NCBI GenBank assembly: GCA_965202585.1
Contig: OZ241830.1
Coordinates: forward strand, 54,002,001-54,066,000
Direction: 5' to 3'
Source: Thalia democratica
Lineage: Eukaryota
Length of the DNA: 64,000 bases
Positions 22,800-35,575 of the stretch are shown in pieces. Under the pieces are notes generated by a model. That model saw only the letters and a program-made list of their open reading frames with translations, had not been told where the DNA came from and did no database searches. Both the position numbers and the translations under genes were made by a program. The first letter of the stretch is position 1. Every line of letters begins with the position of its first letter.

Positions 22800-25700
22800 C
22801 TGCGAAATTGTTTCTTATGTAAATTTTAATTATTTGTTTCTGCTTTTTTATAAATGTTAATATATAAATATATAATATTATACTTTTCTGGTAAACGTAT
22901 CCGTAACTTAACTAATTCAAACCATTATATAAATACATATAGATATTTCTAATAAAACATTTTTACAACGTTTTGAAAAGAGAACAACATTTCATTGTAA
23001 TAAAATTTGTTAAAAATATAAGTTTAATATACATACACTTTTACAGTAAAAATATCAAAAATAACCATCAGTCACTATTGAGATATTCATAAGAGAGCCT
23101 GCAGCAAAAATACGGACTTCTTCACACTCGTCAGTTAACAAGGACACTAGTTTATTAATCAAACCACTCATCTCGATAGCAAGTAGCTTACCCTCACAAG
23201 GAACACAAAGATCCATGATGCATCTGCAGCTTCTGTACCTCAGCTCCTCGTTAGAATGTAACAGCAATTTCTGTTATTAAGTAAATGAGAGAATTTAAAA
23301 AAAAACCGACTCTTATAACAACATTAGTTCGAAGCCTTAAGAATAAACTACATTTTAATTTTACTTTGTGAAGTTATTAATAACAAAATTTATTTAGAGG
23401 TCACATAAAAAAAAACATAAATAGTAATTTTTATGAAAAAAAACTATAACTAAAAAACAATTTACTAAAAAAACATTTTTTAAAGTTAAATAAATATTGA
23501 CTTATAAAATTGAAAGTAATTTCTTAGAAATTAAGGAAAGTGTGTATTTAAATGAGTTTGTCTTTTCAATTGTTCAGTTTTAATCTATTAATAAGAACGT
23601 TTTTTAACTTTTTATCTTAAATTTATCTTAACTACTATGATATTTGTAAAGCTGCAAAAGGTATCTACCTCAGGTTTTGGCTTTGGCTCTGATAGATTTT
23701 AACCCATGTTTTCTTTGATCATATTACAAAATGAGCGTGTCAGTTGTCTTTACAAGTGGACAATGCATTAAACGTCGCACTGCAGACAAGGTTGACATAA
23801 TTGATCCTACCAGCAAACGGTTAATCATGGTGAAACATTTAATACCGTTGGTAGATTAACCTATGCAGGTTAGTTCGGTTGCGACTGAAAATTTTCAATA
23901 AAAACAAAACCCAGGTCTCAGTTTACCAAATCCTTGTGGTCTGATGATCGAAGTGATATGTTCAAAACTTCCTGTTAACTTGGGTTTGTCACACGGCACA
24001 AAAAAGTTAAGGCTATGGCTCTGATAGACTACTTTCGCTGATGTTTTCTTTAAAGCCATAGTGGTTGAAGTAGAATTTTTTAATAACTTCTTTACATCTT
24101 GTAGATTTATGAACAAACTACGAACTGTTATTTACATTTATTACAATGTTTTTCGAGTAACTTTGAGATAAACCTAATCAAAGTTGGAAAGTAAAACAGG
24201 TTACTTATAAAAGGGGCAAACTAGAAAGTAGATTACAGTTTATTTCTTTAGAAATTTATCTTCTTCTACATGTTTTAAGCAATCGTTTTAAAAACTTTAT
24301 TTCAAATAACACACATCACATGTGTGCATAAAAAACTAAACTTATATTACAAAACTCACAACCAACACCTATCAGCTTTGTTTTTGAATTTAATGTTTAA
24401 TTTACAACAAATTGAAACAAAAGTATGTTCTAAATCTAAATAAAACATAACAACTTTACCTAACAAAATGATGTAGTATTTGAAAAAGCTTTAAAAAATC
24501 ATCATAAAATTGTTTTGAAATAAAATGATAATTAAAACTACTATTCACTATAGAGATCAGTAAACTTCTGGCCAGCGACGTCCTTTTAAGCTATATAACA
24601 GCTAATTTTTTTTTTTTTTTTTTTTGGATTTTTTGAATTTAGATACTCTTAGTGCATTTTATATTTTATTTTCAAACCTGGAGTAAGAGTTTTTTATGGG
24701 GAACGAACCAGAGATTTTTATTTTATTTCAGTAATTTAAAAAATATATATATCAATGAGGCAGGTAAAAATACACTATGTAACACACTAGCTATTGCCAA
24801 GCAAACATTATCGTTGCAAAGGGTAAGGTTTGAGACTGATGTTTATTTTTAATTTTTACTATTAAAAAAAAGGGGAAAAAATAAAATTTCAGTTATATCA
24901 TAATAAATGTTTATAAATTTTATTTTTTATGTGAGTATACTTTGCTTTCTGATTATTAAATTATTAATTTGCTCCGAAACATTTTTCTACTTTAAAGCAA
25001 AACTTATCAAAAATACTATGGCTAGCAGTAATTTTTTTCAGTAAAGCTGGCCTAATCCCCATATAAAGCTCAAACTAAAAACATTAAATTCAAAATAGTA
25101 CGAGACCAAATTAAAAATACTGTCAGCAAAACTTTTGAAGTTATATAAAAACTACTAGTTAAGAAAAACAACTTAGTATAAAAATTCAAAAATCATAGTC
25201 TGGTAGACAAACTTCTTTTGTTGAAACAAATTGGATTTAAAATATTTGTATAGTCGATCTTTCCATAATGTGCATCTGGAAGCGTATGTATCAGCACGTA
25301 TTAAAACCAAAACGTCCGTATCTTTAAAGTTCCTAGCACACTTTTAGTTGTCAATTAATTAGTGTTAATCATTTGTAGAAAAGTTTTTTGTTAGTGTTTG
25401 ATAAACCTTTAATGCAGTCTCTTAGAACTTCGGTAAACACTAAGCAGTCCATAAGTATAAACTTTGAGTTGTTTTTTTCCACATAGTCACTACTATACTG
25501 ACAAATGAACTTACAAATGCTGTTGTAAGTCATACTGAAAAATTTCTTAGAAAGAATGAGGGAAAAAGAGTCAGCACTGTTACAAAAAAGTAACTAAGAG
25601 CAATAACAGAGAGAAATGCACAGTGGGATAGCACTTTGACAAAGAGGTTTTTTATTATTAGCCAGAAAGCTGAAGTTCTAGCGCATTTAGAGCTTTAAGT

Positions 25701-28700
25701 AAATTTAAAAATTCTATTTAAAGAATGACAATTGGCGTAAGGCGATTTAAAGGATTTTTGTATTGACCAAATTTTGATATCTTCAAAGTAAGAAACTCAG
25801 CTATCAAATAAAAAACTACTACAAAAACTATTTTAGACTTAACTGTGTGTGTAGACTCTCATAGCTGTGAGCTTAGCTGTATATAACTTTTTACATGTGA
25901 CTGACTTGCAATAGAATTTGCACACGTCACCACATTTAATTAGCTCATTTTCAAACGTGGCTATATGTTTCAATGAGCAACAAAAAGGCTATTCTCTTAC
26001 TTTAATGAGCTGTGGCTAAATACCGTTTTTTTTTCCTAAAAAATTGCTTAAATCTCAAAGTTTCTCTAATAATATTTTGTAAAAATAAGACTAACGAAAA
26101 AAATATTTAAAGCTTTACTGTCAAGAGAAGATAGTGGACTTTTTTGATAAGCAAAATGGAGTGAATCCAGAATATACAGCTTTAACTGATCATTTTCAAT
26201 TTCTAGTTTGTTTACAAGAACAGGAATTAAGTTATCATCAACAACTGCTTGCGCTCCTATAATAAGATTTTGTTTAATACTAAAAAAACTTAAATCATAT
26301 TTTATTTTAAATAGCATACAAAGTTATTGTTAAAAGGCTTTACATGAATAAATTTTTTAAGTTGAACAACATAAACAAAGTCGTTTTAAGAATTCTTCTT
26401 TTGAAACCAATAACTTGGGATTTTAAAATGTAAAAAAAAAATTATAAGTTTTTGAGATATACAAACATATAAAAACATTATAACCTTTAATCATTATAGG
26501 TATTAAAAAGCTATCATCTTCTACAACTTTAATAAATGTATATTAAACTAAAGCTTTTAAATAACCAGTGCTAATTTTAATAAAAATATGTTTAGATTCC
26601 TCTGCCATTAAAGTTTCAATAAAGGACAGTCAAGTTTATCAAAACCAACTTTATAAAGTTCTGACTATCCTAAAAAACTATAAAATGTAGACACTTTGAT
26701 ATACTTTTAAGTATGACTTATACACAGTTTACTTTAATCAATTACGAGTCTTTGAGGTAAAAAAGCCAGTCTAAGTGGAACAAAACTAGCATAAGTTAGA
26801 TGAGGGGTCGGCAAACTGCTGCCCGCGGGCCACATTATTTTTTTTATTCAAACAGTTTAATATACTAATATTTTCGAAAACACAAAAATAAAATTTTAGT
26901 GTTATATTTAAAGGATATTCTATCGCCTAAATTTTTTTTGTTCAAAAAAATTGTCTTTAAATATGTTTTTTAAAGCACATAAAAAAACGTTCCTTTTTGA
27001 CCTGCCAACCCCTGAGTTAGATCAACCTAGCTCTAAGAGTCCTAAGTAAATAAGAAAATAAAAACCAAAAATAGACCAAAAAATAAGAAAAAACACTTTT
27101 AACAGGGTTGCAGCACCGTCAGGCTGCTCAGGATAACTCAGTTGAGATTGATTTTTTTTTAAACTCAGGTTAGTTTTAACTTTCCTAGATAGGCTGACTC
27201 AAGTTTGTTTGAGATTTTTGCAATTCTCTGGCTAGTTTTGATTTTTTTAGTATCAGGCTGAGTTTTATGACTTTAAAATAATCTGTTTTAATGTTTTTTT
27301 TTCAACTAGATATTACGTCATTTTGGTATTGTTTAAATATTTTTAAGAATTAAAAATTTGTAAACAGTAATGTTTTTCTAAATTTGGCTATAACTACTGT
27401 TGCTCAAATTTTTCATTAACTCAGGCTAGTTTTTGAACTTTCAGTATGGCTTTTTTGCTTAAATAGTGGCTACCTTGTGTTAAGGGCATGGGAGGGGTCC
27501 AACACATTTTTTACTAAAAATAACATTGGATCTTATATGAAAGCTTGAAGTACAAACTACAAGCCAGTTTTTATAGAATTTTAGAATCTTATTTAACTTT
27601 TGAGTTAATGTAATTTTTATAAAAAGTTTCCGATACAAAGTTATGGACCACAAATTTTTTGGGGTCAATTTTGTCCAAAATTAAAAAACTCACAAAAATC
27701 TATCTTCTCCTTCATTTTTTTGAGCTAGAGACCTCAAACTTTTAGGAAACGTTCTTTTTATAGTTTAGAATACTTTGAAAGTAGTAATTTTATAAATATT
27801 AAAAAACAAAAATTTTAGATAAAAAAAAAAAAGTAGGTATTTTTTTTTAATAAAATTTTATTTTTCAAAATTAAAAAAATTCCTACAATAATCTTTTTAA
27901 AATTTAAAAATACACTTTCTATAAATATTTGAAGAATATTGCTTAAAAAATGAAGGAGTAAATAGATTTTTAGTGAAATGGTCTTTTTTGGCATTTTTAG
28001 TTTGTGTCTTCCATTAGGAACCTATTGAGGTCACCAACTTTGATCGCTCATATCTCAAAAATTACTTTCTATTTTTTCAAGCAGTTAAAAATGTCTGAAA
28101 GCTCAGATAAAACTCTATTAAATAAGATAAACTTGTAAAAATCAAGGTGGACCCCCCTATGCCCTTAACCTAGCTTAAGTACTTTAAAATACAATAAAAT
28201 AATAAAATATTTGATAGAAAAAATAAATAAATGTCTAAGTCAAAAAATAATATGAGATTTAGGAGCAAAAAAAAACAAATTTAAAATTAAATAAACTTAA
28301 AAATATAAAAAATTACGATGAAAAATAAATCATTTTGTAACTATATTTACTTCTGCATATTTGTTTAAAAAACAGCTTAAAGATTGTGTTATTTTAACAA
28401 AAAGAAAATATAAAAGTATGAAAAATATACACTTTTATAAATCAATATTCTCACAAGTATGAAACATGTTTAGAAAATAGTTTTACGTTTCCATTTTATA
28501 AATGTTTCAGTAGTATTATAAACATTTAAACTTTCACTAAACACATAATTAACTAACCAAAAGGTGATTCACATAAAATTGAAATAGCTTGGTGTGCAAA
28601 TGTTCTTACAATTTCAATATTGTCATCAAAGAGCTGAAAATACCAAAAATATTTATAAAGACTTTGTCTGCTTCTCTAAATTAAATAATGCTTTTCATGA

Positions 28701-30345
28701 TTATAAGTAAAAAACGGTCTATAGATAATACATAAACTATGAACATACTAAAACAAAACATTAACCCCTTAATGGTCTAAAATCGGTTTCCTGAACCCAT
28801 TTTCTTAACTAACTCTTTACTAGTTAATTAACCATTTAGTTTTTAGACCCCTTACTAGTTATTGCCTTATAGAATAAGAAAAGGGGAAATAATATTTAAA
28901 AGAAGCCCTGTCTATCAAAAACAATAAGGTTTTTAGAGATATAAGGACGAATGTAAGAGAGATTAAGAGAGGGATGATACTCTTAGAAGCAAAAAAATCA
29001 ATTAAAGTGACCAAAAACAAGTCTGAGTTTATGATAAAAGTTAAAAAATTAAGTAGTAAAACCCAAAAACTGAAAACGATAACTGCTTGAATCTTTTGAA
29101 ATCTTATAATAACAAAAACAAGAAGATAATTTTATATAAAGAAGAACATAATAACATAACTTACTTTAAAGTCATAAAAACAAACTGAGATTTATAGAAA
29201 GAACTAAAACTAGCCTGAGTTGGCCTGAATTTTTCAAAAATTTTAAACTAGTCTGAGTGTGTAGCAACCTTGTCAACAGGTTCCATTTGGAACACACAAG
29301 CTAAATAACAAAAAAAAAAGACTAATTTATTATAAGTAGTTTTATTTAATTATTTTTAACATTAATAAATAATTTTAACAACCTAATTATAATAAAGTTT
29401 CAACTACTAGTTTAATGATTTTTTAAAAAACTTAGTACTAAAATATTTTTGAATTGTCCAAAGAGTACTTATAGTGACCTTGAGACCTTAGCTTTGAAAA
29501 AAATTTATACAAAAATTCCAAAAATGTTAACATAGAAAATATAATATGTTTATTTAGAAAAACCTTTAGTTAATTGATTCTACTTCAAAAAAAAAAGAAT
29601 AGATGTTATACAAAAAGTTTGTCAAACATATGTGTAGTTTTTTTAAAGTACTCCTTGGTCTAAGTTTCACCATATAAAAAAACTTAGGTTAAAGAAAATT
29701 TTTTCATATCTACTTCTAAACTTCAAAACACAGTTAAAACTATAAATTTTCTCACAAAATTATAACTCGTATTATAAACAAAAAACTTTAAAGTAACAAA
29801 CTTTACTATAAAAACTAACTTTACCAATTGCTGGTATAACACTTGCTTTAATAAATACTGATCTACCAGCACTGTGTTGAGCCATAACTTTAAGTGTTTC
29901 AATGGCTTTATGACGTACAGTGTCGTCTGAATCTTTCAACAAGTTTTTTAGCAATTGAACACATCCTGTCAAACAATTATAAATTTTGTGCTTATATAGG
30001 GTAATATAACTATGTACAATGTTTATGTTTAATTTATGTTTATATGCGAAAGACATTTCAAATAAATTTATATATGCACCTATAAAAATTTTACTAACTT
30101 GATATAATGTCAAATATACTCAAAACTTATAAAATTAAAATCTAACCAGTAGAAATTGCTTGGTAAACCTTTTCTGGGCTGTGAGCAAGAGTTGAAAGAG
30201 TATAAACAGCTTTCTGGCGAGTAATTAGGTCATTACTTTGCATTTCTTCCTTTAATTTAGGAGCAGCAAGTCTGTCAAAAGCAAGAGGGGCCTCAAGTGG
30301 GTTTATATGAGGAGGTAATGTGTATGATATTCGAGTTGTTGCCAT
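22564..30345 (-). CDS. RSPH14: Radial spoke head 14 homolog (armadillo-repeat axonemal protein), complete CDS 340 aa; exons 30345-30147, 29965-29820, 28633-28558, 26256-26096, 23270-23066, 22799-22564
   Basis: MATTRISYTLPPHINP..AAPKLKEEMQSNDLITRQKA..LLKDSDDTVR..LFDD..FAAGSLMNISIVTDGKFA..VIEWKP* matches RSPH14/RTDR1 motifs (LPKLKEEL, TRQKA, AAGALM, terminal IE(F/W)KP); exon lengths sum to 1023 nt with consistent phases. Confidence 0.93.
23066..23270 (-). CDS. RSPH14: RSPH14 coding exon 5
   Basis: taacag acceptor, gttatt donor, EGK..AAGSLM. Confidence 0.9.
26096..26256 (-). CDS. RSPH14: RSPH14 coding exon 4
   Basis: tatag acceptor, gttagt donor, GAQAVV..YILDSLH. Confidence 0.9.
26802..27014. 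mobile_element. hAT-Charlie-like MITE, perfect 8-bp TSD agttagat
   Basis: (g)aggggtcggca...tgccaacccctg; TSD at 26794-26801 and 27015-27022. Confidence 0.9.
27103..27477. mobile_element. MITE with CAGGGTTGC-type TIR, 6-bp TSD-like flanks ttttaa/tgttaa
   Basis: cagggttgcagcac...gtggctaccttg; internal actcaggctagtttt repeats. Confidence 0.7.
27484..28164. mobile_element. Kolobok-like MITE (GGG termini, TTAA TSD)
   Basis: gggcatgggaggggtcc / ggacccccctatgccc TIR, TTAA on both sides; purine termini argue for Kolobok rather than piggyBac. Confidence 0.8.
28558..28633 (-). CDS. RSPH14: RSPH14 coding exon 3
   Basis: tttcag acceptor, gttagt donor, LFDDNIEIVR..ESPFG. Confidence 0.88.
29195..29272. 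mobile_element. Terminal fragment of the CAGGGTTGC family
   Basis: aaactagcctgagt repeats ending gtagcaaccttg. Confidence 0.55.
29820..29965 (-). CDS. RSPH14: RSPH14 coding exon 2
   Basis: gacag acceptor, gttagt donor, LLKDSDDTVRHKA. Confidence 0.92.
30147..30345 (-). CDS. RSPH14: RSPH14 coding exon 1
   Basis: ATG at 30345, PKLKEE/TRQKA motifs, gttaga donor; AG acceptor 50 nt upstream of ATG implies a further non-coding exon or trans-splicing. Confidence 0.92.
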
Positions 30346-30689
30346 TTTACTTGTTGATTTTAATAATGTATAGGTTTTGATTTTTGTTAACAATTCTAGA
30401 TAGTAATAAAAAATTATCTTTAAAAGCAAGGCTTTTAAAAAGTTAATTATAATAACTTTATAACTAATTATAGTTAAAATAGTTATTAATTTAGTATTAT
30501 AAAAACTAAAAGTAAAATCAGATGTATTAATCAGTATATAAAACAGATTACAATTTTCATAAATAAATAAGTAAGGTTAAAAAAGTATTTAACTGATATA
30601 TAAAGGAATTATTATAATTTACATTTGATTAAACAAAAATTTTAAAAAAAGTAGTCATAACAACCTAAAATTCAACAAAAATTATTCAG

Positions 30690-31120
30690 TAAACTGTCAG
30701 TTGGGCTCCTTTGCCTAGAATTCAGGCTGTATTTTAATTTGTAATAATTCTCTATGAACTAGAACTGCTTGTTGTAAGCTTAATAGTTTTTTGATGAGTA
30801 TGTCTTACTATTCTGAATTGATTATTTAAGTTCTGAAAGTTTTTTTTCAATTGCTATAATTTAATAAATTATTGTATAATATGCTGTTTTGTCAGTAAAT
30901 TTTTGTTTACATTTTAAGAACTGTTTTTTTTGTTCCTTATTTATAGGACCTGTAAATTTTTAAATAATTATTGGACTATGAAACTTAGAATAAGTCTCTT
31001 TTAGGCTAAAGTATATGTTCAATTTTGTAGTGGTAAACATTAGCTTGATGTTCATATTGTTGTTTTTAAATTCTGTCTTTGTAGTATTTTATTTGTAATT
31101 CACTTGTTGTTAAATCAGTT
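30690..31120 (-). mobile_element. Heavily decayed relic of a second Penelope-like family (pre-GIY-YIG region)
   Basis: Minus-strand NIKLMFTTTKLNIYFSLKE..SNNYLKFTGP..KNLLTKQH resembles the IKLVFTT.K...FS.KD....S.VVYKFTC of Penelope/Poseidon-type elements. Confidence 0.4.
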
Positions 31121-31227
31121 TAGAGCTAACTTTTTTACTAATTGATACAAAATGATTTATATTTTTTTGGAAAAGGAACAAAGTAATGTTCAAACAGAGT
31201 CACAAAACAAAAATGTATAAACAGAAC

Positions 31228-31892
31228 TCGGGGGGTAAACCATGTATTTTACAAGTTGATCTGATTTTATAGAGTTTTTTCTAAGCTTCAAGATGCTTTT
31301 ATTCGTTTAATAAAAATCAAATTATTTTTTGAGATATGACCAGTCAAAGTCGGGCCGCATAATAGGTTCCCTATGGGTAGGGAAAACTAAAACAGCGAAA
31401 AAAGACTATTTCATTTAAAATCTATCTCCTCCTACATTTTTCAAGCAATCTTCTTCAAACTTTCACAGTCTAATGTTTATACAATAAAAAAAAAAACGTT
31501 ACTTTGGAATTTGAATTTTTTTTTGTAAAAATATATTTCTATTGAAAAAAAATAACTCTTTTTTTTTTAATTTTTATGATAAAATTTCAATTTTTCAAAA
31601 TCACTAAAATTCTAAAGTAGCGTTTTTTCCTTTTATTATTAGGAACGTTTCCTGAAAATTTGAAGAAGATTGCTTGAAAAATGAAGGAAGAGATAGATTT
31701 TTAGTGAATTTTAAAATTTCCAAACAAATCCATATGTTTATATTTGAAAATTTTTACAAAAAATTATATATCTCAAAAGTTAAATGACGTTTTTGAATTC
31801 TATAAAAACTGGCTTGTAGTTTGTACTTGAAGCTTTCATATAAAAGCCAAAGTTAATTTTTGTAAAAAAAAATGTTGGACCCCCCTATGGCC
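31228..31892. mobile_element. Second copy of the Kolobok-like MITE, inverted
   Basis: Reverse complement aligns along its length with 27484-28164; ggacccccctatggcc end. Confidence 0.8.
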
Positions 31893-32244
31893 TTATATTG
31901 TTGTATTATCAAATGATACTTATTTAGTAGAAGAAATTTTAACTTAGTTGAAAATTAAAAACATAGGAATGAATCTTATAAAGTGCTGCATCTATTTTTA
32001 AAGGTGGAAAAACTTCATTCTTACTCTTCCCACTACAACAAACATTTTTTGAAGGTTAAGCAAGTAATTTACATATAATATTTAATTCTACTTGTATATT
32101 CTTACACAATTTACCAATTAAAATTCCAAAAAACAAATCCAGTGCTAGATAACAAACTCTTACCCATTGGGTCAGAGACAATTTGTTAGGTAGGTTATTT
32201 TTAATACTAAAAGGTATTTTTTGATCCACAAGCTTATCTACATT

Positions 32245-32350
32245 ACTTTTTATTAAACAACGAAAAAAAAACGCTCAAAAGGTTTGGTCCGAGGACCTGG
32301 TGTACAAAAAACCTTTTGGTTATCGAGTCATACACCAGAACAGTTTAATG
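32245..32350 (-). repeat. Short dispersed repeat, copy b
   Basis: aacgctcaaaaggtttggtccgaggacctggtgtacaaaaaacc; GGTC-N4-GACC hairpin. Confidence 0.6.
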
Positions 32351-32560
32351 TCATGCCCAGGACAATTGGGCAGTCACCATTGTTTAACCAAAAAGATTTA
32401 TTACAAAAAATGTTTGATTAGTGTGTTTTAAATTAGTATTTCTGAGAGTATGCAGTACACAGTAGTGTGTTTATAAATTAGTGAATTACATAGTACTGAA
32501 GCATATCACAAACTATTGTACAGGAAACTTTTATAAAATTGACTTTATCATAAAAAATAA

Positions 32561-32730
32561 GGGCATAGGGGGATTAACTCCTTTTTTTTAAATTTTATCT
32601 AATTTTATATAGTTTTTACTAAGCTACAAGACGCTTTCTACAGATTTTAAAAATTCAAAATAATTTTTAAAATATAGCTGGTCAAAGTTGGAGGCAACAA
32701 TAGGATCCTTATGGGTGGTGCAAACTAAAA
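32561..32730. mobile_element. Diverged terminal fragment of the Kolobok-like MITE family
   Basis: gggcataggggg end; ggtcaaagttgg..aataggatcc matches the family. Confidence 0.6.
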
Positions 32731-32918
32731 TGGCTTTATCACTAATACAACTTTTAAAAAACTTATTTTGAAGTTAAAATCTATATCATTAATAAATTTT
32801 TTTAATGATTTTTCAAAAATCCAGATTGCATTCATGAATAAAAATAATCCGCTATACATTATTAAAAATATAATTATTAAAAATAATAAAAAGTAAAAGC
32901 TTGATATTCTAAGCTTTA

Positions 32919-32933
32919 GTTTACCATGACAAC
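32919..32933. promoter_or_regulatory. Imperfect X-box-like site GTTTACCATGACAAC upstream of RSPH14
   Basis: Near-match to GTTRCCATGGYAAC about 2.6 kb upstream of a motile-cilia gene; GATTGG (CCAAT) nearby at ~33034. Confidence 0.35.
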
Positions 32934-33208
32934 ATCCTTAATTGTAAAGAGAAACAGACCCAGTTTGTAAAAAAATCCCCAAAATAATAGTAAATAGTTT
33001 AAAATGCGTCGGCTGCAGTTTTAATATCGTTCCGATTGGCAAATACTATATTAATTTTTGTTTTAAGTTTTAAGAAATAAAACTTTTTTTCGGTTTTTTA
33101 CATATTTAGGTAAAGTGGGTTTGGGATAAGAGTGTAAATTAATAGTTTTGGGATAGGTGGGTTAGGGATAAGGGTATAAATGTTCTTAACATTCTGCTGT
33201 ATTGTTAA

Positions 33209-33320
33209 TTTGGGACACGTTCAAAATCCAACAGATCAAAATCCACCCAGTCAAATTCGAGAACCGCTTACCGATCGAGGGTTAGGGGTAACAGTGATCA
33301 GGGGTTACAGGTTAGTTGGT
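33209..33320. mobile_element. Left end of a Mutator-like MITE relative
   Basis: gggacacgtt end, aaaatcc repeats, gggttaggggtaacagtgat motif shared with the TGCACGA family. Confidence 0.45.
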
Positions 33321-35575
33321 TTTTTTAATAACAAACAGAAATTAAAAAATTGAGTACATATTTAAGTTTATTAAGAAAAAAAACTAAAATATTATTCTGC
33401 AATTTTTTAGTCAGAAAACATCTTCAAAATATGCGATTTAGGACTTTACTTGTTAGACAGAGTTAAGTAATACAAGTTCAATTTGAAAAAAAGTTTGTTT
33501 TTGTATTAGAAAACTTATTACTAGACTTTTAATCATTAATTACTTTAAAAATAATTTTATTCATATTTTTACAAACTTTTTAATTGCTTGAATAAAAGTA
33601 CAAAAGACAAAGACTAAATATAAGATAAAGTTATCTTTTTTATAAATTACTTTTTAAGTATTTAGTAATAAATAATGTATTTAGTAGATTACGTATGTAA
33701 ATCTAATTAAAAATGATTGTATAAGATAAGCTATTTATCTTAATTTTCTTATTCATACAGGGTTACTCAATAAATTAAACTTGTATTAATTCAAATTCTG
33801 GCAATTGCGTTAAGTTTTGACAATTGAAATGCAAAAATTCAAGTCAAATATATATTTTCTATTTTTAGACGACTTTTTAATGAAAAATCATTTTGAAAGA
33901 AATATTTTACTTAAAAAGCATTTTAGAAAATTTACGTTTAAAAAGTTTAAATTACCATAATTCAAAACGAGAAAATTGAAAATTCAACATTTTATTCTTT
34001 TTTAATAAGTGAATTCTAATAACAACAACTTATTTTTGTTTTAAATCAAAAAGTTTAAATTATGTCTGTTCAAACTTTTGATTTTAAAATTCAAACTGAA
34101 AACTAAGTAAATATACGCTTTTATTTGTGATTTTTAATATGACATTTAAATTATAATTAATATGAATTGGCTAAACCTTATAGTTTAGTAATAATTAAGT
34201 TGCTGAAAAAAATTGTAGCAACACAATGGCAAATTGACTTTAGAGGGCAGCAATTAACTTTATTTAGCAATACTTCACTCTAACCAGATATATGATTCTT
34301 TTATTTAATCCAATGTGCTTCGTATAACTAAAAGTAAAAAACTGTAAATCTTAAAAGTATCTGAAAAAAAAAACTAAATAAATTGGTCCTTAACAAAATA
34401 TGCATTACCGTATCCAAAAAAAAAAAATACAGAGCAAAATTAATAATTTTTGTAACAAAAACTTTTAATTTTATTTGCTTTACACAAATTTTTTTTAATC
34501 AGTAAAGTTCGTTGCTGGTCAGGTTTTTCTACATTCGACCAGGCCAGCGGATTATACTTTGTAAAGACGGATAGTTAGTTGAGCTTGGTCTCAAGCGATA
34601 TCACAGAGAACAGGACTTAACTTGCCTGGTTTAAAAATATTTTTATTCTGTAAAACCTTTTAAAATGTAATCGCAAGAGACAAATTATTTAATCGTTAAA
34701 TAAGGTAGTATAGTTGTAAAATAAGGTTGTCTTACTTGACTAGTTTTATAATTTTTCAAAAAGAATTGTTCTGAAATCGTCAATATTAGTGTGAAATGGT
34801 TTTTGAGAAAACAAAAGACGATATATCTCAACAAGCTTAAGATTGATAATTTTGTTAGTTATTAAACTATTGAATAGAGACAATAATTTTTTTCCTTTTT
34901 TAAATTTATATTTTATAAAATAATTAAAAAAAAATTACCATTACTGGTAAGGTACTTTTTATAACTTTTATGTTTAAAGTGTATTCTTAAAAAAAACAAT
35001 TTTAAATATTCTTGTTAAAACTTTAGACCAGTTTTAGCCGATTAAACAAGGCGGAATACGATATCGTAGTAGACTTTTGTCCATTACAATCCAGTTGATG
35101 CATTAAAAAAAGATAGCTATGTTTTACAGTTTTGTTAAATAATCTTCAAATATTAAAAATTGTGACTGTTTTTTAATTCATTTTGTTAATACACTAAATT
35201 AAGTCGAAAAATAACATAAAACATTTTAGATTGACTAATGATGTATGGCTTTTTTTCGTTCAATTACCGAGCAAGCTCCCAAAAAAGTTTCATGTGAAAC
35301 AGTAGAACAATTTTGAATAATATTTTCTAAGTTTGATTTAAATAAAATACTTTTTAGTAATGTTTATAAGCAAACTATTCAATTGTTATATATTCAATTA
35401 TTGGTTCAATTTGTAAGCAATGTCTTTTTCCTGAAAAAAAGTCTATTTATTATGCTAAATATATATGTTTTATATTAGTTAAAGTGGTTTGAAGCTTTGT
35501 ATTACAATTTTAGTAACTGGTTATTGCAAAAATATTATTTTTCTAATATACATTTCTATTTTATATAGTTTAGAT

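Noticed and set aside
25020-25560. Minus-strand KDTDVLVLI resembling XPG/FEN-like domains of Academ-type transposons
   Set aside because: Expected EEAD and GCD motifs not found; too degraded to call
31920-32220. PMG..YV pattern that might be PLE RT motifs continuing the 30690 relic
   Set aside because: Catalytic DD absent and spacing off; chance match cannot be excluded
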